Shown here piece after piece: positions 49,317-60,400 of a stretch of DNA of 64,000 bases (its first letter is position 1; every line of letters starts with the position of its first letter). This DNA comes from an uncultured bacterium. GTDB lineage: Bacteria > Oederibacteriota > Oederibacteriia > Oederibacteriales > Oederibacteriaceae. The stretch spans positions 1,344,001 through 1,408,000 of the forward strand of contig OZ218778.1 in assembly GCA_965112635.1 (NCBI GenBank), given 5' to 3'. A program made the position numbers and the translations under genes. The notes below the pieces were generated by a model that saw only the letters and a program-made list of their open reading frames with translations, had not been told where the DNA came from and did no database searches.

Positions 49317-52300
49317 ATGAAAACAAAAAATTTGATCTTAGAAGTGTTGGGCATCCTGTTGTTCATCGCTGCGTTAGTTGGTTTGAGTCTGCGTTTTGGG
49401 TTACTCACCGCGCCTTTAAAGGCTTCTATCCAGTCCGAACTGCAAAAAGAACTCCACAGGGAAGTTTCCATCGGGATCGTAGAAGGCGGTTTTATCCATC
49501 CCCTGGTCTTGAGGAATTTCAAAATCAGCCAGGGCCAAAAATTGTCCGGTGGGTTATGGGTCAGCGTGGATACGGTGATGCTGGATTTCTCCTGGTGGGA
49601 CCTTTTGACGGGCCGGGTGAGCCTCAAAAAAAGCTTGAAACAGATAAGCCTGATCAACCCGACCCTTTACTTAAAGTCTTACGACCTTCAGGGAGTCCTC
49701 AGTCCTGGTTCCTCTTCGCCTTCATCGTTTTTTGGCTTAACCACGCACTGGGTCGTCGTGGGCGGCAAAGTTTTTGTGCAGGATAAGGTCAAACCCTACC
49801 CCTATTCCCTCCAGGCCGTCAACGGCACCGCTCAGATCCGCGGGCAAAAGGTCAGCGTGCAGCTTTCCAGCAAGGTGTCGGGCAGTAACCTCCAGGTCCT
49901 AGAGGGACAGCTGTCCTATGATCTTCTGACCAAGCAGGGAGAGGCGAGGGTGTTAGGGAAGAGGCTGGACGGAAGGATCTTCAACTCTTTTATGCCCTTC
50001 AGCTCTCCGTTCCCGGTCAAGGCGACCGTTACGGCCGGATCCGTTGACTTGGCCCTATATTGTCCCCTTGAACCAGACAAAGCGTTGTCTCCTGTGGTCA
50101 ATTTTTCATTGACCAAAGGCGAGATCCTGATCCCTTCCTTGCCTAAACCCCTCTCGCAGGTCGAGCTTCAAGGTGTCTACCGGGACCGCGGAGTCATGGT
50201 CGAACAGGCCAAAGCCCTTTTTATGGACAGCACCTGGTCCGGCGCCTTCCGATTGACGCTGACCCCCAAGATCTATTTGCAGGGAGAGTTCACCTTGGAG
50301 GAAGGCCATGTAGACCAGTTGGCCGGCCTCATTCCGGCCTTGCGAAAATTTCATCCGATGGGAAAGGTATCGGGGCATTTGACGGCCAGTGGGTTTCTTC
50401 CCGATTTCAGCATTTCCGGGAAAATAATTGGCCAGGATGTCGGTCTAGGGCTTGTGGCGAGCGACCAGCTGGACTTTTTATTCAAATGGGACCACTCGTC
50501 CAAAAAGGATGACCTAGACCTTTCGAACATCCAGGGAAAGTTTTGGGGAGGAGGGTTGAGCGGCAAAGCCAGGCTCAAAGGGGGAGCCCTTGAAGGGGAG
50601 TTAAAAGCTCTGGCGTTCTCTCTTTCCAAAACCGCAGGCCTTTACGGCTGGGACCAGATCGGAGGCTGGGGAAGCGCCGAGGCAACGCTGGGCGGGTCCC
50701 TGAACGAACCCAAATGCCAGGTGACCCTGCGGGGATATAACATCACCTATCAAGAACGCCCCATCCCTGACTTGTTCGTCCAGGGAAGCTGGTCCAAAGA
50801 AGCGGTGAATTTAAAGATCGACTCGTCCAATTCAATGATACAGGGCAGGGGAAAATTGAGGCTGTCCCCTAAAGGGCAGGAAATCGAAGGCAGGATCTCG
50901 CTCAAAAAGGCTGATTTGGCCACCCTGGGTTCTCTGGTCCCTCTTCCGCCGAGCCTATCTGGGGAGGTCTGGGGCAGTACAGAGTGGTCGGGCACCTTGG
51001 CATCCCCGCGCGTGGAAGGGAGTTTTACCGTCAAACCCTTTTTATGGAGAGGACGGCCGCTGCAGGAGGTCCAGGCCGGGTTCAGTTACGCAGAACACCA
51101 ATGGTCGATTAGAGATGGATCGGTCAGCGGGATAGGGTCCGGACGGATCGATTACAGCGGGACCATACAGACGCAGGGTGACCATTACGCTTTTAAAGCT
51201 GTTTTTAAAGGGTCTGATTGGGATGCCGGTTATGTGCCGGGCCTCATCGACCTGTATCCGCATGCGCAGGGGAAACTAGCCCTTTCAGGACAGGTCCAGG
51301 GTAACTGGGATGATCTTACCATTGCCGCAGATATTTTCTCGGACTCTTTCGTGTTCGACAAGGGTGTGGAGTCTCCACTCTCCACCCGACTGGTCTGGAG
51401 CAAGGATAGGCTCAAGATCAGCTCGGTCTCTTTGGGCGGAAAGATCCTGGGTTCGGGTGAGGTCAACTGGAAAAAGGACCTTATCCTGGATGTCAAAGCC
51501 GAGAGTAAAGCGGCTCCGCTGCCGTTGTGGTTGGCTCTGCTGAGGTCGAGTCCAGCGGGAAGCCCCGCGACCGGTACCGTGGACGGCGAAGCGTCTTTGA
51601 ACGGTTCCTTGGACAAGCTCCAAGGCAAAGGACGCATCCGGATCAAGGACGGGAAATGGGGAGGGTTGGCGTTCCAAAAAGTGACCCTGGAAACCTCAGG
51701 CGAAGAAGGCCGGTTCCCCTTCACCGGCTTGGTCCAGCAAGACCAGGGCTTGTTGAAAATAACGGGTGAAGGCGGGGTCGCTGCTGGAGAAAAAGAGATC
51801 AGCCTAAAAAAACTTAACGTATTGTTTGGGGGCGACCATTTTATTTATGCCGACAATTCTTGGAGCGGGCAGCTGGACCTGGTCAGCAACGGGAACTGGA
51901 GCTTGGCCAGAGGGCTGGAATACAGCGCTGAGGGAAAAATGAAAGGCTGGTCGCTGAACACCCACAAGGGCCCGGACCTGGACTTTTCCTTCCAGTTGGA
52001 CCGGAATGAGTATGTTCTAAACTACCTCCATTACGGGAACGTGCTGCAGGCCGAGGGGCGCTGGGACGCGAAGGAGAACGCGCTGACCCGTTTGCAGTTG
52101 GCGACCGACGGCCTGGACCTGGAAAAGGAATGGACCCTGTTCATGAAGGACAACCCGCCTTGCCAAGGAGTATTGCGCTGCCGTATCTCCTTTGAAGAAG
52201 GCCTGTGGAAGGGAAACGGAGCGATCGTCTCGGGCCAGTGGGGAAATATTCCTTTCAGAGTGGCTTCGGTGAATTTTTCGGGGGATACCAAGGTGATCCA

Positions 52301-54800
52301 CCTTGACCAAGTCAGGGTCCAGCAGGAGGAAGGGACGCTACTCTTACAGGGAACCCTGCGCCAGCAGCCAGAATGGCTAAATTCCAGTTTGCAGCTGGGA
52401 GGGTCGGTTTACAGCCTTCCTTTGAAAAGCCTGCTGGAAGTCTGGATAAAGTCTCCAGAAAAAAGGCCGTCCCTGGATGGCAGGCTGAGCGGAAGCGTCC
52501 TGGTCACGGGCACCCTTTTGGAACCACAGTGCAAGATCTTTGCCACCTTGAACAACCTATCCTTGGGACAAGAGCTGGAAGGGGAGGCCAGCGGAAGCCT
52601 TTATTTAGAAAAGAACAAGATCGAGATCACGGATTTTAAATGGAGGAAAAACGAGGGGGTGGTCCTGTTCGGGGTGGAGGCCCAAAGAGGCGGAGAGCAG
52701 GCCTGGGCCGTCACCACGACCGGCCAAGTGCAATCCTGGGGGGTCGCGAACGGTTCGCTCAGCGGTTCCTGGAGTTATCAGGGCGCCCTATGTCTGTCCG
52801 GAGACAAGGAGAACGGTTGCGGGGACGGTCTTACGGCGCAGGGGTTGTTGACCTTGCAGAATATCACCTATAACGACCTGGTCCTGCTGTCCAGCAGGGT
52901 CAACCTATCGCTCAAGGACCGTGAACTGGAATTTTTACCCAATCCCGATGAGGAATCCAAGAAAGCCGACGATTTTTGGAAAGGCAAAGTCTCCTGGGAT
53001 GAGACTGGCAACGTCACTTTTAACAAATTCGTGCTTCCATGGGGGAGCGGAACCTTGCTCATGGATGGACAGATAGGAGGCCAGTCAATAAGACCTTTGG
53101 TGGTCGAAGGCAAAGACATTGGCGCCGACAAATTGCTCGGTTTATTGCTGCCCAAACTTTCTCCCCATAAAGGCAGCAGCAGCTTCCACCTGATCTTAAG
53201 GAGCAGTGGTGAAAATCCGGGTTTCCAAGGTTCCTTTAAGGTGGTCCAGGGAAGCTTTAGCAGCATCCCCTATGACCTTTTGACCGGATGGGTCAGTTGG
53301 AGCAAGAATGCTTTGGAGTTGAAAGAGTTCCGCGTCAATCAGGTCAAAGAATATGAGATTGACATGAAAGGCTCCATCCCTCTGACTCTGCCTTATCTTT
53401 TCAGCCATATCCAAGGGAACCTGGAGCGGGAATATCACTTGTCGGCGAGCGTCAAGGGAAAAGCTTCCTATCTGTCCCTGATCCTGCCGGTCAAGGCGGT
53501 CCAAGGTGAGGGAAACGGTGATTTCAGGATCACGGGCACTTCCCAATATCCAGTGCTCAATGGTTCTTATGTCTTGGACCAGGGCAGTTTCGACACCGAC
53601 TGGCCTTTCAAGCATTATAGCCAGGTCCAGGCGAGCCTCTTGATCCACGATAACCATGTGCTCATCAGCCGTGCGGTGGGACAAGTGGAAGGCAAAGAGG
53701 TCACCCTGAGCGGGGAAGTGCTTTTAAAGAAATTACAGGTGGATGGGTGGAACATAAAATTTGCCAGCCAGCCAGGGACTTTTATCACGGTCGACCAGTG
53801 GCCGGAGGTGTTCTCCCGCGGCGCCGCCGCTTTTACGGTCTCTCTGACGGGCCCGGCTTACCAACCCCTGGTGCAGGGAGAGGTGACCCTCACCCAGGCT
53901 GACGTGAGTTATCAAGCCCAGAGCAGCCAGGAGGTCTCGCCGTTCAAAGATTTCAGGTGGCAAGTCAAAGTGACCGCCGGCAGGAGCGTCCGGTATTACA
54001 GAGGCAATATGGTGGATATCGAAATACCCGAGAACAGCAGCCTTGTTTTCGAAGGGCCCACCGAGGATCTCCAGATCAACGGCGCTATCGACTGCAACCG
54101 GGGTACTTTTGATTATCTTAACACCACTTTTGATGTCAGAGAGATACTTCTGAAATTCAGCCGCCATAAGGTCCTGGTCGACGCCCTAGGTCAGGCCACG
54201 GTCATCGAGACAGACCGGCAGGGCCAGGAGAACCAGATCCAAGTGCGGGCCAAGGTCGAGGGGGAGCTGCCCAACCCCGTTGTCACCTTAAGCTCTGTTC
54301 CCGAACGGGACCAGCGCGAGATCGCTTCCCTTCTGATGGTGGGAGATGATATCACCCAGATGTCCGAAAATGACCTGCAGAAGAGGCTGGTCATGGAGGT
54401 TCTCAAATACCTGGGTTTCAACAACCTTCTTCCGGTGCTCAAGGAAGCAAAAAAGAAGACCGGTCTGGACGTGCTGAAGATAGGCAGCAGCAGGCAGGCC
54501 ACCACCAATAACAACCAGGGCAACAATGCGCACGGCGTGGCGCAGGTCGACTTGGGCAAATATCTTTATCCGAACCTTTATCTTGATTACAGGACCACTT
54601 TGGGTAACCGAGGAGATACTTCCCTGGGTCTGGGTGTGGCCCAGGAGCTGGGCCTGGAATACCAGCTCACCGAGAGCGAGAGGTTAAAGTTGAGATACCG
54701 CGGCATCAACGGTGATTTTTTTGGCGGCATCGAGACCCAGTTCCCCATGAATTGGGGTTCGCCCCTTTCACCTACAGCCACACCGGAGCCGGCTGAATAA
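49317..54800 (+). CDS. tamB: TamB/AsmA-like translocation and assembly module protein
   Basis: N-terminal TM, repetitive Gly-rich beta-strands (G.L..P...G), C-terminal DUF490-like LSSVP...EIASLL and GKYLYPNLYL; upstream of bamA. Confidence 0.8.
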   Translation: MKTKNLILEVLGILLFIAALVGLSLRFGLLTAPLKASIQSELQKELHREVSIGIVEGGFIHPLVLRNFKISQGQKLSGGLWVSVDTVMLDFSWWDLLTGRVSLKKSLKQISLINPTLYLKSYDLQGVLSPGSSSPSSFFGLTTHWVVVGGKVFVQDKVKPYPYSLQAVNGTAQIRGQKVSVQLSSKVSGSNLQVLEGQLSYDLLTKQGEARVLGKRLDGRIFNSFMPFSSPFPVKATVTAGSVDLALYCPLEPDKALSPVVNFSLTKGEILIPSLPKPLSQVELQGVYRDRGVMVEQAKALFMDSTWSGAFRLTLTPKIYLQGEFTLEEGHVDQLAGLIPALRKFHPMGKVSGHLTASGFLPDFSISGKIIGQDVGLGLVASDQLDFLFKWDHSSKKDDLDLSNIQGKFWGGGLSGKARLKGGALEGELKALAFSLSKTAGLYGWDQIGGWGSAEATLGGSLNEPKCQVTLRGYNITYQERPIPDLFVQGSWSKEAVNLKIDSSNSMIQGRGKLRLSPKGQEIEGRISLKKADLATLGSLVPLPPSLSGEVWGSTEWSGTLASPRVEGSFTVKPFLWRGRPLQEVQAGFSYAEHQWSIRDGSVSGIGSGRIDYSGTIQTQGDHYAFKAVFKGSDWDAGYVPGLIDLYPHAQGKLALSGQVQGNWDDLTIAADIFSDSFVFDKGVESPLSTRLVWSKDRLKISSVSLGGKILGSGEVNWKKDLILDVKAESKAAPLPLWLALLRSSPAGSPATGTVDGEASLNGSLDKLQGKGRIRIKDGKWGGLAFQKVTLETSGEEGRFPFTGLVQQDQGLLKITGEGGVAAGEKEISLKKLNVLFGGDHFIYADNSWSGQLDLVSNGNWSLARGLEYSAEGKMKGWSLNTHKGPDLDFSFQLDRNEYVLNYLHYGNVLQAEGRWDAKENALTRLQLATDGLDLEKEWTLFMKDNPPCQGVLRCRISFEEGLWKGNGAIVSGQWGNIPFRVASVNFSGDTKVIHLDQVRVQQEEGTLLLQGTLRQQPEWLNSSLQLGGSVYSLPLKSLLEVWIKSPEKRPSLDGRLSGSVLVTGTLLEPQCKIFATLNNLSLGQELEGEASGSLYLEKNKIEITDFKWRKNEGVVLFGVEAQRGGEQAWAVTTTGQVQSWGVANGSLSGSWSYQGALCLSGDKENGCGDGLTAQGLLTLQNITYNDLVLLSSRVNLSLKDRELEFLPNPDEESKKADDFWKGKVSWDETGNVTFNKFVLPWGSGTLLMDGQIGGQSIRPLVVEGKDIGADKLLGLLLPKLSPHKGSSSFHLILRSSGENPGFQGSFKVVQGSFSSIPYDLLTGWVSWSKNALELKEFRVNQVKEYEIDMKGSIPLTLPYLFSHIQGNLEREYHLSASVKGKASYLSLILPVKAVQGEGNGDFRITGTSQYPVLNGSYVLDQGSFDTDWPFKHYSQVQASLLIHDNHVLISRAVGQVEGKEVTLSGEVLLKKLQVDGWNIKFASQPGTFITVDQWPEVFSRGAAAFTVSLTGPAYQPLVQGEVTLTQADVSYQAQSSQEVSPFKDFRWQVKVTAGRSVRYYRGNMVDIEIPENSSLVFEGPTEDLQINGAIDCNRGTFDYLNTTFDVREILLKFSRHKVLVDALGQATVIETDRQGQENQIQVRAKVEGELPNPVVTLSSVPERDQREIASLLMVGDDITQMSENDLQKRLVMEVLKYLGFNNLLPVLKEAKKKTGLDVLKIGSSRQATTNNNQGNNAHGVAQVDLGKYLYPNLYLDYRTTLGNRGDTSLGLGVAQELGLEYQLTESERLKLRYRGINGDFFGGIETQFPMNWGSPLSPTATPEPAE

Positions 54801-55021
54801 CTCATCGTGGGGCGATACGATTGAGTTAAAAAGCTCCTTTCGCTGCATCCTTGTTCTTCTTCTGCGCTTGAGAAATCAAGGGTTACCATAAATACAATAA
54901 ATCGTTTGTAACTCCCCCTTTGCCTAAGGATATATCCATATTAAGCCATTTCTTTACTTTAATAATAAAACATGCTATTTTTATCTTCTATTTTCAGCAA
55001 AAAGTAATATTCGGAGACCTG

Positions 55022-57343
55022 GTGATTTTAAAAACTTTAAAAATCTTCCTAAAAATATACCTGCTTATCGCTTTGCCCTTGTTTTTGGCCCCGGCCCTGC
55101 AGGCTGCCAAGCAGGCGCCAAGCTTGCCGGTCCTGACCAGGAACGCGGCAACGAGCAGCAATGTTCTGGTCAAAGAGGTAAAGGTCAAAGGCAATAAAAA
55201 TACGAACAAAGATATCATCCTGTCCATCATCCAAACCAGGCCTGAGGAACCCCTGAGCAACGCCTTGATCACCAAAGACGTTAAATCCGTCTATTCGTTG
55301 GGTTATTTTGACGATGTTTCCGTGGACAGGGAAGATGTGGCCGGTGGGTGCATTATTACTTTCATCGTGTCTGAAAAGCCCCAGATCAAAGAGATTAAAT
55401 TTGTGGGCAATCATGATTATCAGGAAAAAGACCTTTCGGAAGCCATCCGGATGGCAGTCGGGCAGGCTTATGACGAAAAGGTTTTAAGCGACACGGTTGT
55501 CACTTTGAAGCAATTTTATATAGATAAAAGTTACAACAATATAGCAGTTAAGGCCGACCACAAGCTGTCTCCTGACGAAGGCAAGGTGTCCGTCACGTTC
55601 ACCATTTCTGAGGGGGAACGCATCCATATCAAAAAGATAGCCTTTAAGGGCAATAAGATTTTCAGCGAAGGACAGCTCAAAGGGCAGATGGAGACCCAGG
55701 AGGCTGGATGGCTGGGAGGCGGGGTTTACAAAGAGGATGTTTTTAAAGAGGACCTGGATAAGATCACGGAATTCTACCATACCGAGGGATATGTCAAGGC
55801 CAAGGTGGTTTCCCACGATGTATCCATGGAGCCGGACGGTAAAAGCATGGATATCACCATCACGGTGGAGGAAGGCCAGCAGTTCAAGATGGGCAAGATC
55901 ACGGTTTCCGACAACCTGGTGTTTACCAGTTCCGACATCATGGACCGTGTTTCTTTCAAAGAGGGCGATGTTTTCAATACGAAAAAATTCTCGGAAGACC
56001 TGCGCAACGTCCAGGAGCTATATGGTGAAAAAGGGTACATCTATACGTCCGTCAACCCCCTGACAGAATTTCATTACGATACAAACAAGGTGGACGTCAA
56101 TCTGCAGGTCGTCGAAGGCCCGTTGGCCTATATCGAGGACATCAGGATCGAGGGGAACACCCGCACCAAGGATAAGGTCATCCGTCGTGAACTTTTGGTC
56201 CAACCGGGCGATATTTTCGACAGTATCAAGGTGCAGCGGAGCCGCGAAAAGGTATATAACCTCGGGTTTTTTGACGAAGTGAACGTCGACACGGAACCGG
56301 GGAGTGAACGGGGCAAAGAGACCCTGGTCCTCTCGGTCAAAGAAAGATTGACGGGGACCCTGAGCCTGGGGGCCGGGTTCAGTTCAGTGGACGGGTTGCT
56401 GGGCTTTTTGGAGATTTCCGAGAACAATCTTTTTGGCAACGCCCAGCGCATCAGTCTGAGCACTCAGTTCGGCCAGCGAGCCCTCAATTACAATATTGGT
56501 TTTGTGGAACCCTGGCTTTTTGACACTCCCACCTCCCTGGGGCTGGACATTTACGATACCCAAAGGACGGACCTCAATTCCTACTACACTGAAACCCATA
56601 TCGGGGGCGATATCAGGCTGTCGCGAAGGTGGAGCGACTATTACAGCAGCGGTATCACCTATCGTTTTGAACAGATCAATATCTCCGATGTTTCGTCCTT
56701 GGCCACGAATATCATAGCCGGGACCAACACTGTCAGCAGCATCACTTTGACCCAGACCTACGATTCCAGGGACAATGTTTTTGATGCCAACCGCGGAATC
56801 TACACTTCTTTGTCCAATGAGTTGGCCGGAGGATGGCTGGGTGGTGACACCAGTTTTACCAAGCATGTTTTCGACTTCAGCAGATATTATCCGACCATAT
56901 GGAATGAGGCTTTGGGTCTGCATTTGAGGTTAGGATATGCCTCGGGTTTTGGCGATACCCCTGAAATCCCCATTTATGAGGCGTTTTTCATGGGAGGTAC
57001 GGATACGGTCCGGGGTTATAATGAGAGAGATATCGGGCCCAAAAACCCTTACGGGGTGCCTTTGGGTGGCTCGGTCATGGCCTTGCTCAACGCGGAGTAT
57101 AAATTCCCCATCGTTCCGAATATCCTGAAATGGATATTTTTCTACGACTCAGGGGATACATGGACGGATGTGTCGAGCGCTTTAAGTGAAAGCCTGCCGT
57201 ATCCCGACAGCCTTGGGACCGGTTTCCGGGTTTCCATCCCGGGCATGGTGATCGTGATCAGACTGGATTACGGCTGGGCCCTCAGGGCGCCGATGGCCGT
57301 TCCAGGCGGGAAGTTCCATTTCAATATCGGAAGCATGTTCTAA
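55022..57343 (+). CDS. bamA: Outer membrane protein assembly factor BamA
   Basis: POTRA repeats (GNTRTKDKVIRRE), ENNLFG, VRGY motif and C-terminal FNIGSMF; start uncertain (GTG at 55022 after GGAG). Confidence 0.96.
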   Translation: MILKTLKIFLKIYLLIALPLFLAPALQAAKQAPSLPVLTRNAATSSNVLVKEVKVKGNKNTNKDIILSIIQTRPEEPLSNALITKDVKSVYSLGYFDDVSVDREDVAGGCIITFIVSEKPQIKEIKFVGNHDYQEKDLSEAIRMAVGQAYDEKVLSDTVVTLKQFYIDKSYNNIAVKADHKLSPDEGKVSVTFTISEGERIHIKKIAFKGNKIFSEGQLKGQMETQEAGWLGGGVYKEDVFKEDLDKITEFYHTEGYVKAKVVSHDVSMEPDGKSMDITITVEEGQQFKMGKITVSDNLVFTSSDIMDRVSFKEGDVFNTKKFSEDLRNVQELYGEKGYIYTSVNPLTEFHYDTNKVDVNLQVVEGPLAYIEDIRIEGNTRTKDKVIRRELLVQPGDIFDSIKVQRSREKVYNLGFFDEVNVDTEPGSERGKETLVLSVKERLTGTLSLGAGFSSVDGLLGFLEISENNLFGNAQRISLSTQFGQRALNYNIGFVEPWLFDTPTSLGLDIYDTQRTDLNSYYTETHIGGDIRLSRRWSDYYSSGITYRFEQINISDVSSLATNIIAGTNTVSSITLTQTYDSRDNVFDANRGIYTSLSNELAGGWLGGDTSFTKHVFDFSRYYPTIWNEALGLHLRLGYASGFGDTPEIPIYEAFFMGGTDTVRGYNERDIGPKNPYGVPLGGSVMALLNAEYKFPIVPNILKWIFFYDSGDTWTDVSSALSESLPYPDSLGTGFRVSIPGMVIVIRLDYGWALRAPMAVPGGKFHFNIGSMF

Positions 57344-57372
57344 TCCTAAAAACAAGATCAAGAGGAGGTTTT

Positions 57373-57903
57373 ATGAAAAACATTCTGAGAATCGGGGCAG
57401 CGGTTTTGGCGCTTTTGTGGCTGGCGGTGCCGGCTCTCCACGCCAGGGCCAAGTCCACAGTTTTTAAGGTCGGATTTGTGGACGGCAAGAAGGTGATCTC
57501 CCAGTATTCTGGGAGCAAGGACGCCCAGAAGGCCATGGCCGAAGCGGAGAGCAAGGGTGTGGCTGAATTGAAAGAAAAAGACGCCGACTTAGAGAAGCTC
57601 AAAGAAGAGTTCAAAAAGAAAAAGCTCATGATGAGCGATGAACAGAAAAAGAAAGCCATGGACGAGATCGAAACCAAGACCCTCGAGCTGGAGCAGGCAA
57701 AGCAGAGCATCCAGCAACAGCTGGCGAACAAAGAAAACATCCTTTTGGAAAATCTGGTCAGCAAGATCAATGCCGCGGCCAGCGTCGTGGCTGACGCCAA
57801 AGGGTACGATCTGATCCTGGACAAGAGCGCCGCTTATTACGGGGCGGACGACCTCACGGACGACGTGATCAAGGCGCTGGAAAACCAGAGCACCTCCAAG
57901 TAA
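57373..57903 (+). CDS. skp: Skp/OmpH periplasmic chaperone
   Basis: Signal peptide, KVGFVD, coiled coil, GYDLILD and DLTDDVIK; follows bamA. Confidence 0.9.
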   Translation: MKNILRIGAAVLALLWLAVPALHARAKSTVFKVGFVDGKKVISQYSGSKDAQKAMAEAESKGVAELKEKDADLEKLKEEFKKKKLMMSDEQKKKAMDEIETKTLELEQAKQSIQQQLANKENILLENLVSKINAAASVVADAKGYDLILDKSAAYYGADDLTDDVIKALENQSTSK

Positions 57904-57941
57904 CAGCTCAATAAAAGCGGTGATTCCATAAGAGGCTCGCC

Positions 57942-58985
57942 ATGGGAATGACATTAGGGGAATTGGCCCGTATCGGGGACGGCACTTTGGTCGGAAACGC
58001 CAGCCTTGTGATCAAGGGCGCAGCAGCTCTCCAGGAAGCGGGCCCGACGGACATTTCGTTCCTGGCCAAGGAACAGATGAAAGACCACCTGGAAAAAACA
58101 AAGGCCGGGGCTGTCGTGGTCCCCAAGACCATTTCGTCCGGCCCCTGCGCCCTGATCCAGTGCGACAACCCACCCCTGGCATTTGCCATGATTGTGAACT
58201 CCCTTATGCCCGATTCTGTCCCGGTGCCGGGCATCCACCCGACTGCAGTTATCGAAAAAGGCGCTGTTTTGGGAAAGAACATTACGGTTTCGGCCTTTTG
58301 CTATGTCGGCAGCCGGACCATCCTGCACAACGGAGTCGTGCTTTATCCCAACGTCTATATTGGGGAAGATTGCGAAGTGGGAGAAAAGACGGTCGTCTAC
58401 CCGCAGACGGTCGTTCTGAACAGGATCAAGATAGGACAACGAGTGATCCTGCATCCGGGGGTGATTTTGGGATGCGACGGATTTGGTTTTACCAGCGACG
58501 GCAAAGTTCCCTATAAAGTACCTCAGGTGGGTACCGTGGTCATTGAAGATGAGGTTGAAATTGGGGCCCATTCCACGGTGGACCGGGCCGCTTTGGGGGT
58601 CACTCTGATCAAAAAGGGCAGCAAGCTCGACGACCAGGTGCACATCGGCCACAACACCCAGCTTGGCCAGAGCTGCCTCATAGCCGGGCAGACCGGAGTT
58701 TCCGGCAGCGTTACGGTCGGGGACGGCGTGATCATGGGCGGACAGGTCGGCATCGCGGACCATGTCAAGATAGGCTCGGGGGCGATGATCGGGGCCCAGT
58801 CCGGGGTGATGAAGGATGTCGAGCCAGGCGCCGCGGTTTCGGGCTATCCCGCCAGGCCGCACCACGACACTATGAAGAACTGGGTGCTCCAGGAAAAATT
58901 GCCGGAGATGAGAAAAGAGATCAAGGCGCTTCAAAACAAGATCAAGGAATTGGAAGAGCGCCTGGGTAAAAAAGGCAACCCCTAA
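57942..58985 (+). CDS. lpxD: UDP-3-O-acyl-glucosamine N-acyltransferase
   Basis: Hexapeptide repeats; GCDGFGF, KVPQVG, VEIGAHSTVDR and KLDDQVHIGHN motifs. Confidence 0.96.
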   Translation: MGMTLGELARIGDGTLVGNASLVIKGAAALQEAGPTDISFLAKEQMKDHLEKTKAGAVVVPKTISSGPCALIQCDNPPLAFAMIVNSLMPDSVPVPGIHPTAVIEKGAVLGKNITVSAFCYVGSRTILHNGVVLYPNVYIGEDCEVGEKTVVYPQTVVLNRIKIGQRVILHPGVILGCDGFGFTSDGKVPYKVPQVGTVVIEDEVEIGAHSTVDRAALGVTLIKKGSKLDDQVHIGHNTQLGQSCLIAGQTGVSGSVTVGDGVIMGGQVGIADHVKIGSGAMIGAQSGVMKDVEPGAAVSGYPARPHHDTMKNWVLQEKLPEMRKEIKALQNKIKELEERLGKKGNP

Positions 58986-59045
58986 AAGACCCGCGTTAGC
59001 CCCTGCCTTTGGTTCATCCAGGGAATATCATTGAACGAGGAAGCC

Positions 59046-59882
59046 GTGGATAATAATTACCAACGGACATTAGCCGGGGAAGCCGCCTGTTCAGGGGTCG
59101 GCATTCACTTGGGGAAAAAGGCCACAGTCAAGATAAAACCAGCACCGGCCGACCAGGGCATTTGGTTCGCCCGGGTGGACCTGGGCCCGAAAGCCCTCAT
59201 CCCGGCGAGGTCCGGTTCCGTGTTCTCCACGGCCCGAGGCACCCATTTGGCCAAAGGCAAGGCCAGCGTCCACACGGTAGAACATCTGCTGGCCAGTCTG
59301 TCCGGCCTGGGGGTGGATAATGCCCTAGTCGAGATCAGCGGCCCGGAGGTGCCTGTTTTGGATGGCAGCGCCGAGCCATGGTGCCGGTTGATCCAAAAAG
59401 CCGGATTAAAAGTACTGCCAGGTCATCTTCGGAGAACCCTGGTCCTGAAGCGCTCTGTTCTTTTGACGAGAGGGGAAGGGAGCCTGCTGGCCATGCCCTG
59501 TAACCGGTTAATCCTGTCCACGGTCATCGGGTATAAACACCCTTACCTTTTGCAGCAAACGGTGTCGGTCGAGGTCAGCCCTTCAAATTTCCCGCACCAA
59601 CTGGCCAGGGCCAGGACCTTTGGTTTTGCCGAAGAGGTGGAGGTGTTGCGCAAAAGGGGCCTGGGCCTGGGAGGCAGTTACAAAAACGCTCTGGTGATCG
59701 GCCCCAAAGGGATTTTGCATAACACCCTGCGTTATCCGGATGAATTCGCCCGGCACAAAGCCCTTGACTTACTGGGCGATCTGGCGCTGTTGGGAAGGCC
59801 TTTGCAGGCCCACGTGATCGCCGTCAAATCCGGCCATACCAGCCATGTGGCGCTTGTTAAAAAGCTAGAAAAGCTATTTTGA
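59046..59882 (+). CDS. lpxC: UDP-3-O-acyl-N-acetylglucosamine deacetylase
   Basis: QRTL, GVGIHLG, TVEHLL, ARARTFGF, RHKALDLLGDL and SGH motifs; start uncertain (59031 or 59046). Confidence 0.95.
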   Translation: MDNNYQRTLAGEAACSGVGIHLGKKATVKIKPAPADQGIWFARVDLGPKALIPARSGSVFSTARGTHLAKGKASVHTVEHLLASLSGLGVDNALVEISGPEVPVLDGSAEPWCRLIQKAGLKVLPGHLRRTLVLKRSVLLTRGEGSLLAMPCNRLILSTVIGYKHPYLLQQTVSVEVSPSNFPHQLARARTFGFAEEVEVLRKRGLGLGGSYKNALVIGPKGILHNTLRYPDEFARHKALDLLGDLALLGRPLQAHVIAVKSGHTSHVALVKKLEKLF

Positions 59883-59933
59883 TTTTTGGGCCAACAATGT
59901 TAAATTAATTGATATTCTTTTTTTGGGGGGACC

Positions 59934-60377
59934 ATGGACAAACCGCTATTGGACGTCAACCAGATCATGGAATTGCTGCCGCATCGTTTCCCGATGCTGC
60001 TAGTCGATAAGATCGTCAAAATGGAACCGGGAAAGAGCGTGACCGGCATCAAATGCGTGACCTACAATGAGCATTTTTTCCAGGGGCATTTTCCCGGACG
60101 GCCCGTGATGCCGGGCGTGCTGATCCTTGAAGCCATGGCCCAGACCGGCGGCATCCTGCTGTTGAGCACTTTCCCGCAAGCCAAGGGAAAGCTGATCTTT
60201 TTTATGGGCATTGACGCGGCCAAGTTCCGCAGGCCGGTTGTTCCAGGAGATGAATTGAGGATGGAACTGACCGTCCTCCGCTTGAAGGAAAAGGTTTCCA
60301 AGATGGCCGGCAAGGCCTATGTCGGCGAAGAACTGGCCGCAGAAGGCGAGTTCACCTGCATGGTCGTGGATAGTTGA
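59934..60377 (+). CDS. fabZ: 3-hydroxyacyl-ACP dehydratase
   Basis: LPHRFPMLLVD and FQGHFPGRPVMPGVLILEAMAQ motifs. Confidence 0.98.
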   Translation: MDKPLLDVNQIMELLPHRFPMLLVDKIVKMEPGKSVTGIKCVTYNEHFFQGHFPGRPVMPGVLILEAMAQTGGILLLSTFPQAKGKLIFFMGIDAAKFRRPVVPGDELRMELTVLRLKEKVSKMAGKAYVGEELAAEGEFTCMVVDS

Positions 60378-60400
60378 TAATTTTGAAAGTGTAGGAAATA

